Shown piece after piece: positions 8,873-17,089 of a DNA stretch of 64,000 bases. The translations under genes were made by a program, and so were the position numbers. The notes below the pieces were generated by a model, which saw nothing but the letters and a program-made list of their open reading frames with translations, searched no databases and had not been told where the DNA came from. Origin of the DNA: Nitrospinaceae bacterium UBA7883 (GTDB taxonomy: Bacteria; Nitrospinota_A; UBA7883); assembly GCA_002500605.1 (NCBI GenBank), contig DLRR01000021.1, forward strand, positions 47,866 to 111,865. Direction: 5' to 3'. The number at the start of each line of letters is the position of its first letter. Positions within the stretch are counted from its first letter, which is position 1.

Positions 8873-10060
8873 ATGTTCAAGGGTAATTATTGGCTTGCAC
8901 TTGTAATCGCAGCCACTTTTATATCTGTAGCCTCCTTGACTGCAGTTCCAGTTTTCGCAGCTGGTGATCCAGATTTTGATCCGCCGTTAGTGCCACTTCC
9001 AGCTCACCCTCCCATTCCAGCGGATAATAAGTCATCTACCGCTATTTACCCAGCCAAGATGGGACCAAAGCAGGAGTTGGGCTATTTGCTATTTTTCGAT
9101 CCCAAACTAACTGGGGATGCTTCTTTATCATGCGGTACATGTCACCATCCGGACACTGGCTGGGGTTTTAATGACCCGATAAGCAGGGGATATCCTGGTA
9201 CGGTACATTGGAGAAATTCCCAAACAATAGTAAATACTGGTTATTTTCATAAACTGTTTTGGGCTGGTTCAGTTACGAGCCTAGAGTCCCAAGCTCCGGC
9301 TGCAAATAAAGGAGGGGTCGCTGGTAACGGGGAAGATGACATGATGGAATCAAGACTCCAAATGACACCAGAGTACCGTCAACGGTGGAAGGAAGTTTTC
9401 GGTTACGATCGGCCTTTGATTAAGGATGCATGGCGGGCTATAGCCGCTTTTGAGCGTTACATGTCCCAGACTGACACTCCTTATGACAGCTTCCTTAAGG
9501 GTGACAACAAAGCTCTCACGGCTTCGCAAAAACGTGGCCTCGAGTTGTTTAAAGGAAAAGCGAACTGTGTTGAGTGCCATAACGGTCCTATGCTAACCGA
9601 TGAAAAGTACTACAACTTAGATGTTCCTAATCCGGTGGAATGGACCGAATCAGGTCTTGCTCAGATTAGTTATCGCTTTGAAATTTACGCAAAAGGTGTG
9701 ACTGAAAAGCTTTATCGCGAATCCAAGCATGACCTTGGAGCATATTTCCGTGGTAAAAACCCACAGGACATAGGCAAGTTTCGCACAGCAACCCTTCGTT
9801 ATCTGAGTTATTCAACTCCATTTATGCATAACGGGGCTTTCTTCACCCTAGAGGAAGTTGTAGATTTCTACAACGAAGGCGGAGGGGAAAGTGATCTGCT
9901 GAACACAAAAACTAAAATTCTGAAACCATTGAACCTCACAGATGATGAGAAAGCAGATCTTGTGGAGTTTCTTGGTTCTATGAGTGGAGAAGAGATTAAG
10001 CTTCCATTTCCAAAGATTCCACCTATAGCAGCATTTGATGACTGGCAACCAAAAAAATAA
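8873..10060 (+). CDS. Diheme cytochrome c peroxidase/MauG-family protein (IdrP-like, second copy)
   Basis: aaggagga RBS, signal peptide, LFFDPKLTGD..SCGTCH, CVECHNGP, GKFRT, TPFMHNG. Confidence 0.9.
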   Translation: MFKGNYWLALVIAATFISVASLTAVPVFAAGDPDFDPPLVPLPAHPPIPADNKSSTAIYPAKMGPKQELGYLLFFDPKLTGDASLSCGTCHHPDTGWGFNDPISRGYPGTVHWRNSQTIVNTGYFHKLFWAGSVTSLESQAPAANKGGVAGNGEDDMMESRLQMTPEYRQRWKEVFGYDRPLIKDAWRAIAAFERYMSQTDTPYDSFLKGDNKALTASQKRGLELFKGKANCVECHNGPMLTDEKYYNLDVPNPVEWTESGLAQISYRFEIYAKGVTEKLYRESKHDLGAYFRGKNPQDIGKFRTATLRYLSYSTPFMHNGAFFTLEEVVDFYNEGGGESDLLNTKTKILKPLNLTDDEKADLVEFLGSMSGEEIKLPFPKIPPIAAFDDWQPKK

Positions 10061-10062
10061 CT

Positions 10063-10089
10063 AAAGCGCATGGCTTATCCATGCGCTTT
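10063..10089 (+). other. Intergenic stem-loop
   Basis: Perfect 11-bp stem aaagcgcatgg/ccatgcgcttt with 5-nt loop and no long T tail, between the peroxidase and Rieske genes. Confidence 0.7.
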
Positions 10090-10120
10090 GTAAAGATAAT
10101 CTAAATGTTTGAGGTGACAT

Positions 10121-10642
10121 ATGAGTGAAACAGAGATGGGAAAAGGCGCTTGTGCAAATAGGCGCGAATTCCTCCTAAGCGGCGGTATTACTGCTGCAAT
10201 GATGATGCTTGGGACAAAACCTATGATGGCTGAGGCCAAGGTGGTCGGATACCCAAGAAAGAAAATTGGCAAGCTAAGCAGGCTCAAGTCTGGAAGGCCA
10301 ATTGATTTCAACTACCCTGATGAAGATTCTGAAAATATATTAATAAAGCTTAGCAAACCAGCTGGTGGTGGTGTTGGTAAAAATGCCAATGTTGTTGCAT
10401 TCAACAAGCTCTGCACGCATATGGGTGGAACTGTTACGGACGGTGGATACCACCATTCAGATGCTGTTGCAGGCCCTTGCCCTTTTCACCTTTCAACGTT
10501 CGATCTTTCGCGCCATGGAATGATTGTGGCTGGACACGCTACGCAGAGCCTGCCACAAATTCAGTTGGAGGTGAAGGGAGATGATATTTATGCCGTCGGC
10601 GTAATGGGGCTTATTTACGGCCGAAACAAAAACCTTGGCTAA
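10121..10642 (+). CDS. idrB: Rieske [2Fe-2S] small subunit of AioB/IdrB type with TAT signal
   Basis: NRREFL twin-arginine signal, CTHMG and CPFH Rieske boxes, GHATQSLPQI..LEV..DDIYAVGVMGLIYGR AioB-like C-terminus. The symbol rests on gene context. Confidence 0.85.
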   Translation: MSETEMGKGACANRREFLLSGGITAAMMMLGTKPMMAEAKVVGYPRKKIGKLSRLKSGRPIDFNYPDEDSENILIKLSKPAGGGVGKNANVVAFNKLCTHMGGTVTDGGYHHSDAVAGPCPFHLSTFDLSRHGMIVAGHATQSLPQIQLEVKGDDIYAVGVMGLIYGRNKNLG

Positions 10643-10665
10643 TAATACATAAGGAAAGATTGATC

Positions 10666-13410
10666 ATGAGCATTACAAAATTTAGTACCAAAGATACAGT
10701 GCCAATACCGCCATCAGACGCCGACGTTCTTACAACCGCATGTGACTATTGTGTAGTAGCATGCGGATACAAAATATACAGATGGCCTGTTGGCAAAGAG
10801 GGTGGAACCAAAGCAAAACAAAATGCCTTAGGTGTTGACTACCCAGTTTCACCTTTGTCGGGTAAATGGATAGGTCCAAACCAGCATAACGTTGCTTTGT
10901 ATAACGGTAAACTTCACAACGTTGTTGTCCTCCCTGATGGCGATGCAGAAGCTGTCAACCTTTCCGGTGATCATTCCATCCGAGGTGGCGCTATATCACA
11001 ACGTTGTTACAACCCTAATTCCCCAACACACGACCGGCTCAAAAGTCCGTTAGTCCGGGTAAACGACACTTTAATGCCTGTCGACTGGGACACTGCACTG
11101 GATGTATGTGCTGAACTGTCAAATTACACTATAAATAAATTCGGTGAGCAAGCATGGGCTCAAAAAACTTTTTCATACGAGTTTTATGAGAACACATATG
11201 CCCTAACCAAGTTTGCCAGACGCTATATTAATACACCTGCCTGGGCACCACACGATCAGCCTGGCCCAGGGAGCGCTACTGCTGGGTTCCGAGATACTGG
11301 TTTTGAAAACTTTGCTCCATCCTATTGGGACTGGGGTAACTCAGAAGTTGTGTTTATATCTGGTACTGACCCATATGAAACTAAGACTGTTCTTTTCACC
11401 GAATGGTTTTTACCAGCTGTACGCAACAGAGGACAAAAGCTAATTTTTGTCCTTCCAAGAAAAACTACTGGTGCTGCTTTCGCCGAAAAGAACGGTGGCT
11501 TATTCTTGCAGATCACACCAGGCACCGATACAGTTTTGCAATTGGCCATAAGTCGGTACATAATTGAAAAAGGGTGGCAAGATAAAGAGTGGATAAATAA
11601 ATGGGTAGCCAATAAGTGGGAAACTGACAGCGGGTTTGGTCAAGGTACTAGGAATACACCATGGCAATGGCGTACCACTTGGGGCAAGTTTCAAACCAAG
11701 GGATTTGATGACTACAAGAAGTGGCTATTCTCTCAAAAAGAGGCGGAAATGGCTACAGCCTCAAAGATTACTGGCATTCCTGCTTCCAAGATAAAAGCTG
11801 CCGCTACCATGATGGCCAAACCCAAGGCAGATGGCAGCCGAGTCAAAACTTCCATCGGGATCGAAAAAGGTAACTACTGGTCTAATAATTATCTCAACAC
11901 CACATCTGTAGCTGCTATGGCAGTTATTCTCGGAGCTGGCGGCCGGCCCGGGCAGGTTGTTGGTCGTTTTGGAGGTCATCAGCGTGGTGGAATGAGCGGT
12001 GGAGGATACCCGAGATCTAAGTCGCCCGAGAAACAAGAAGGTAGACGCAAAAAGCCAATTGATCTTGATCGTTGGTTTGTTTCTGGGCACGTGCGTTTTG
12101 CTCATGTTGTTGGTACCACATGGACATCAGCCATGGGTGGAACACAATCAATTCAAAGTATGTTTAACAAGCTTACTAGGAAAAACCCACACCAGATTAA
12201 ATCCCGCAAGAAAGAAGAAATTATTGACTCCCTTAAAAAGCGCATGGATAGCGGTGGGACTGTTGTTGTTAACCAGGATATTTATCTGCGTGACCCCATT
12301 GGAGCAAAATACGCAGATATAGTCCTTCCGGCTTCTGGCTGGGGAGAAGATGATTTTGCCAGAAACAATGGTGAAAGGCGTTTGAGGCTATACTCAAAGT
12401 TCATGGATGCCCCAGGATTAGCCAAACCCGACTGGTGGATTGTGGGTCAATGGGCTACTAAAATGGGTTTTAAAGGCTTTAACTGGAAAAACTCAAATGA
12501 AGTATTTGAGGAGGCGGCCCGATTCAGCAGAAAGGGTATACGTGCGTATCACAACCTTGTGTTCATGGCAAAGAAAAATGGAATAAAGGGCCACGAAGCG
12601 CTACGCAAGTTTGGTACCAAGGGAATTCAAACGCCAATCTTAATGGTGCCTAAAGAGTGGAAAGAGAACCGTCCTGGGCAGCAGTATGTTAGTGCCGAAA
12701 CTGGGCTTACGTGGAATGGCTATAAATTAGCTGGGACAGTTAGGGCTCATGATACAGAAAGGGTAATGCCAGAGACCGGTCCTGCTGTGACCACAGTGTG
12801 GCCTAAATGGCTTACGCATTTCAACTCACAGTCAGGCAAACTAAACATGCTGAAATCACCATGGAATCTTTTTTCCGATTTTTACGATGAAATCTCTCCT
12901 AAAGGTGATGAATTATGGATCACCAACGGTAGAATTAATGAAGTATGGCAATCGGGATTTGACGACATGGAAAGAAGACCAATGATCATGAAAAGGTGGC
13001 CCGAGAATTGGATTGAAATTCATCCTGACGATGCAAAATCGAGAGGCATTGAAAGTGGTGACTATGTGATGGCTTACAGCAACAGGGTGCCTGTTCAGAA
13101 AGATTACAACCAAGCATCCCATCCAGGCGATTTTCAATACTCTACATTGAAAAAGAATGGGCATATTAGGTTTGACTCTGCCTCTATCACTGGTGTAGCC
13201 ATTGTCACTTCAGTCGTCAAGAAGGGAACGAGTTGGACATATTTCTTACATCCGGAACAGTCTGCCAACAGCCTCGTAGCTATGGTTCCGGACCCAATTA
13301 CCAACCGCTACAGATTCAAGCTTGGAGTAGGCAAGATTAAAAAACTTGGAGAATCTCCTTATAAGAACAGCTTTGATTCGATGAGTTTTGCCAGGCGTGA
13401 TATAGTTTAG
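10666..13410 (+). CDS. idrA: DMSO-reductase-family molybdoenzyme large subunit, arsenite-oxidase-like (AioA/IdrA), most likely iodate reductase type
   Basis: CDYCVVAC (C-x2-C-x3-C, [3Fe-4S] type), HSIRGG, EKGNYW, RFGGHQ, NGRINEVWQS, IEIHPDDA; no own signal peptide; flanked by Rieske and two peroxidase genes. Start at ATG 10666 (TTG 10660 possible). Family confident, substrate inferred. Confidence 0.85.
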   Translation: MSITKFSTKDTVPIPPSDADVLTTACDYCVVACGYKIYRWPVGKEGGTKAKQNALGVDYPVSPLSGKWIGPNQHNVALYNGKLHNVVVLPDGDAEAVNLSGDHSIRGGAISQRCYNPNSPTHDRLKSPLVRVNDTLMPVDWDTALDVCAELSNYTINKFGEQAWAQKTFSYEFYENTYALTKFARRYINTPAWAPHDQPGPGSATAGFRDTGFENFAPSYWDWGNSEVVFISGTDPYETKTVLFTEWFLPAVRNRGQKLIFVLPRKTTGAAFAEKNGGLFLQITPGTDTVLQLAISRYIIEKGWQDKEWINKWVANKWETDSGFGQGTRNTPWQWRTTWGKFQTKGFDDYKKWLFSQKEAEMATASKITGIPASKIKAAATMMAKPKADGSRVKTSIGIEKGNYWSNNYLNTTSVAAMAVILGAGGRPGQVVGRFGGHQRGGMSGGGYPRSKSPEKQEGRRKKPIDLDRWFVSGHVRFAHVVGTTWTSAMGGTQSIQSMFNKLTRKNPHQIKSRKKEEIIDSLKKRMDSGGTVVVNQDIYLRDPIGAKYADIVLPASGWGEDDFARNNGERRLRLYSKFMDAPGLAKPDWWIVGQWATKMGFKGFNWKNSNEVFEEAARFSRKGIRAYHNLVFMAKKNGIKGHEALRKFGTKGIQTPILMVPKEWKENRPGQQYVSAETGLTWNGYKLAGTVRAHDTERVMPETGPAVTTVWPKWLTHFNSQSGKLNMLKSPWNLFSDFYDEISPKGDELWITNGRINEVWQSGFDDMERRPMIMKRWPENWIEIHPDDAKSRGIESGDYVMAYSNRVPVQKDYNQASHPGDFQYSTLKKNGHIRFDSASITGVAIVTSVVKKGTSWTYFLHPEQSANSLVAMVPDPITNRYRFKLGVGKIKKLGESPYKNSFDSMSFARRDIV

Positions 13411-13457
13411 CCCTTATTACTATAGCTTGAAAGCCGGCAGAATCCTTTATTTGGATT

Positions 13458-15536
13458 TTGTCGGCTAATCTAGCTATCTACTGTTTTAATCTGGCATTAA
13501 ATCAAATGCTAACCTTTGATGGAGCAACAGTGTCTCTAAGAAAAGATATCGCCATTCTAGTAAACAATTTTTTGTCATCAAAAAATTTTTACACACGATT
13601 TTATGCCACTAAAACACTTGGGAGTCTTGCCCCTCATATCAATCAGAATTCTTTGATTAACATTGCAACTGACAACAAAGAGGATATAGATTTGCGGATT
13701 GAGGCACTAGAAGGAATTTACCAGTGTGGCAAAGATGCCGATACTTCGGGAATAGAAAAACTGCTATTCGACCCTGAAGGCGATATACGGGTAAGTGCTG
13801 CTAAAACCATTGGGGCTACTGGAAAGGATCAGTCTGTCGATATATTACTTAAAGCTTTAGCCGATGATGGGGATGGTTACAGCTATGACGAAGAGTTTGA
13901 CTGGGACCCACAATGGGACGTGCAACTAGAGCTCATAAAAGCTCTGGGAAACCTTGGTATGGCAAAATCAGCAGAACCCATCATAAGGTTTTATGAACAA
14001 GAAGGAGGGGTCGATATTGGTGAAACAGTTTTTACGGCACTTCAATCTATAGGCGGCTCAGCTGTGGTAGATTTTTTTTCTAGAATGCTTTCTAACGGCA
14101 TCCCAGCAGAGCGTCGGATGACATGTGAGATGATTGGCGAAACTGGTTTTCACGAGATGAAAGATTCTTTGTCTTCTGTTTTACTTGATGCAGACCCACT
14201 GGTAAGGGCAGCAGCAGCAAAGGCTCTAGCCCTGGTTGGGGGTGAAGATGGAAAAGTAAGTCTTGCCTTGTTACTTCGCGATTCCAACGACATGGTTGTT
14301 TGTTCGGTTTTGGAAGCGATGGAAGAAAATGGACTACTCTCAGGGATTGAAGAATCAATTAAACCACTACTCGATCACGATTCATTAACTGTTAAAACAG
14401 TTGCTTTAAAGGTGCTAGGTGGATTGCCCAATGTAGATGTTTCCGATAAAGTTACCGGGTACTTAGGGCCAGATGCAAGTGATGAACTAATCCTAGTCGC
14501 TAGTGAAGTAATGGCTAAGTCATCGTCAAAAGAATTTAAGCCACTTCTGCTTGACCTAATTAAAAATCAAGACAAAGAACCGCTTTTACGTCTTGGGTTA
14601 ATAGAACTATATGAAAAATTTTATAAAAACCATGTTGCAAAAGACTTAACTGAGCTGCTTCAAACTGGACCAAGACAAGTATCCATAGCCATTGCCGCCG
14701 CCATAGCAAAATGCGGTGATAATGAATCTTTAGATTCTTTATGCGAGTTGCTTTGGATGAAAGATTCAGATTTACCAATAAACCAAATCGACAACCGGCT
14801 TGACAAATCCAACAGCACTAATGAACTTGGTAAGGACGTTGAAATGATAGGCGGTAAGAAGGCAGTTCTGAACCCTGGGGCCACTCCTGGTGGGTTACAG
14901 CCAGAAGACCTAATCCTTATCCTCACAGGCTGTATGTCTGAGAATGTGGTAAAAAATATGGTGTTGCTTGCACAGTCTGACAATCCAGAACTAGCGTCAA
15001 AAGCCATTGCTGCACTAGGGGAAATTGGTATCAACCCCGGTGAAGACAAAGTGCGTGCAATTATTGCACAATCAGACCCAAAGATAAGGGCACAGGCAGT
15101 ATATGTTGCTGGGAAACTCAGTATCGTTTTAGATCTTGTAGCCGAAAGACTGATGGTAGATTATGATGAAAATGTCCGCGAAAAATCCGCTAATGCAATA
15201 GCCTTTGCTGGTAAAATTGAAGGAATTACAGCCTTATCGGAAGGCCTAAATGACCCCTCTTTACAAGTGAGGAAAGCGTGTATAAAAGGTCTTGGTTTAA
15301 TCAATAACGACGATGGTTGCCTTAATATTCTTATAAATGCTCTCTTTGATCGTGAACATTTTGCCGACTTAACAGACGATATATGTAATTCGTTATCCAA
15401 ATTTGATCCAGAATCCGTGAAAAGGGCCTTGGTTTCAGTGCTCACTGACCCTTCCAAAGAAGACTTGCATTGGATAGCTTTAGATGCTTTGGGAAAAGTT
15501 TTTGGAACTAGTGTTGATAAAATAATTAACACTTAA
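13458..15536 (+). CDS. HEAT-repeat (PBS lyase-like) protein
   Basis: Repeated VR..AA.ALG / L...L.D patterns over about 690 aa; start uncertain (TTG 13458 or a later ATG). Confidence 0.8.
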   Translation: MSANLAIYCFNLALNQMLTFDGATVSLRKDIAILVNNFLSSKNFYTRFYATKTLGSLAPHINQNSLINIATDNKEDIDLRIEALEGIYQCGKDADTSGIEKLLFDPEGDIRVSAAKTIGATGKDQSVDILLKALADDGDGYSYDEEFDWDPQWDVQLELIKALGNLGMAKSAEPIIRFYEQEGGVDIGETVFTALQSIGGSAVVDFFSRMLSNGIPAERRMTCEMIGETGFHEMKDSLSSVLLDADPLVRAAAAKALALVGGEDGKVSLALLLRDSNDMVVCSVLEAMEENGLLSGIEESIKPLLDHDSLTVKTVALKVLGGLPNVDVSDKVTGYLGPDASDELILVASEVMAKSSSKEFKPLLLDLIKNQDKEPLLRLGLIELYEKFYKNHVAKDLTELLQTGPRQVSIAIAAAIAKCGDNESLDSLCELLWMKDSDLPINQIDNRLDKSNSTNELGKDVEMIGGKKAVLNPGATPGGLQPEDLILILTGCMSENVVKNMVLLAQSDNPELASKAIAALGEIGINPGEDKVRAIIAQSDPKIRAQAVYVAGKLSIVLDLVAERLMVDYDENVREKSANAIAFAGKIEGITALSEGLNDPSLQVRKACIKGLGLINNDDGCLNILINALFDREHFADLTDDICNSLSKFDPESVKRALVSVLTDPSKEDLHWIALDALGKVFGTSVDKIINT

Positions 15537-15715
15537 CAATGTCAAAGTCCACTCATTCAAATATCATTCTAAATCTGTAAAAGCCGGTATTCTTTTGATC
15601 AACATTGTAAAGACTGGCAAATTTATTTCCAAAGTGCCAATAAATTGTCCAGCCTACAATTTTTTTCCAATGTCCTTGATATAAAAAATTTCCGAGCTTC
15701 TACTGTTCAAGAATT

Positions 15716-17089
15716 CTAATTAAAGTCCGCATCGGCACATTTCTTAAGTTTTTCTCTTAGTGTTACTCGAGAAATCCCAAGCAGACGGGCAGCCTCCGAT
15801 TTGTTCCCATCAAAGTGATTCACAACACTTTGAATATATTTAGCTTCTACCTCTTCTAGTGAAGTCCAATTGTCGCGTATTGAAAAAAGCTCTGCACTAT
15901 TATTTTTTACGAGATTAAAGCCAGAATCAGGCAAAAGATCTTTGCGAGTTATTATATTTGTTTTAGTTAAGATATAGGCACGCTCAATCATGTTTTTTAG
16001 TTCCCTTATATTCCCAGGCCAAGCATAGTTTTTTAATAGCTCAATAGCATCGTTATCAAAATCGATAACATCTTCTTTCATTGTGCTTTTAAACTGGGAT
16101 AGAAAGTGTCTGGCTAAATGCGGAATGTCATGTACGCGCTCACGCAAAGGGGGCACCAAAATAGTGAAAACATTGAGCCTGTAAAGTAGGTCTGATCGAA
16201 ATTGGTTTTGCTGGATTTTAACACTGAGTTCCTGGTTGGTAGCTGAGATAACTCTAATATCAATTGCTATATCTTTTGTCCCACCAAGCTTGCGAAGCGA
16301 ACGTGATTCTAAGACACGAAGCAACTTGGGCTGAAGTGAAATGGCTAGGTCTCCAATTTCATCTAAAAAAATAGTGCCTGTGTGGGACAACTCGAAAATA
16401 CCAGCTTTACTGGTTTTTGCATCTGTAAAGGCTCCTTTTGCATGCCCAAAGAGCTCCGATTCTAAAAGGGTTTCAGGGATTGATGAGCAGTTTATTTTTA
16501 ATAAAGGCTTGTCTTTACGGGAAGAAATGTTATGTATAGCGTCTGCTACCAACTCTTTACCTGTCCCACTCTCGCCCAAAATCAAGACATGGGTATTGTC
16601 TGTCCTGGCTACTTGACTAATCTGGTCCTGAATACGTTTTATTGGGTCACTGTTTCCAACCATCCCAAAATCTTGGCGCCTAGAGTCTCGCTCGTAACGA
16701 AGGGAAGCAATTTCAGACTTAAGTGTTTCAACTTCAAAAGCTTTATTCACAATTATCCGAAGTTCATCAAGCTCAAATGGTTTGTTGATATAGTCATAAG
16801 CCCCTTGCTTCATTGCCGTTACTGCAGTCTTAATCTCTGGATACGCAGTCATAAAAATACAAAGAACCTGGTCGTCGATCTCCTTCACCCTAGCTAACAC
16901 ATCAAGTCCCGACATGTCGGGGAGGTTAAGGTCAAGGAGCATAACCTTAACAGGTTTATTATTAATTACTTCTATTCCGGCAGCACCGTTACCTGCTTCA
17001 AACACTGTAAAGCCAGCTTTTCTAAAAACGTGGCTCAAAGTTTCGAGCATTGTTTGGTCATCTTCTACGATAAGAAGTTCTTTACTCAT
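15716..17089 (-). CDS. Sigma54-dependent response regulator (NtrC/AtoC family)
   Basis: Receiver (LIVEDD, LLDLNLP), GESGTGKE Walker A, GAFTDA loop, FLDEIG, WPGNIRELKN, C-terminal Fis HTH. Start 17089 overlaps the kinase stop (TGATG). Confidence 0.95.
   Translation of the reverse strand: MSKELLIVEDDQTMLETLSHVFRKAGFTVFEAGNGAAGIEVINNKPVKVMLLDLNLPDMSGLDVLARVKEIDDQVLCIFMTAYPEIKTAVTAMKQGAYDYINKPFELDELRIIVNKAFEVETLKSEIASLRYERDSRRQDFGMVGNSDPIKRIQDQISQVARTDNTHVLILGESGTGKELVADAIHNISSRKDKPLLKINCSSIPETLLESELFGHAKGAFTDAKTSKAGIFELSHTGTIFLDEIGDLAISLQPKLLRVLESRSLRKLGGTKDIAIDIRVISATNQELSVKIQQNQFRSDLLYRLNVFTILVPPLRERVHDIPHLARHFLSQFKSTMKEDVIDFDNDAIELLKNYAWPGNIRELKNMIERAYILTKTNIITRKDLLPDSGFNLVKNNSAELFSIRDNWTSLEEVEAKYIQSVVNHFDGNKSEAARLLGISRVTLREKLKKCADADFN

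Noticed and set aside
10121-13410. Annotation as canonical arsenite oxidase aioBA
   Set aside because: Twin peroxidases, an altered HNRPAYNSE-equivalent segment and no arsenic resistance or aioX genes favour the Idr type; only a phylogeny can exclude it formally.
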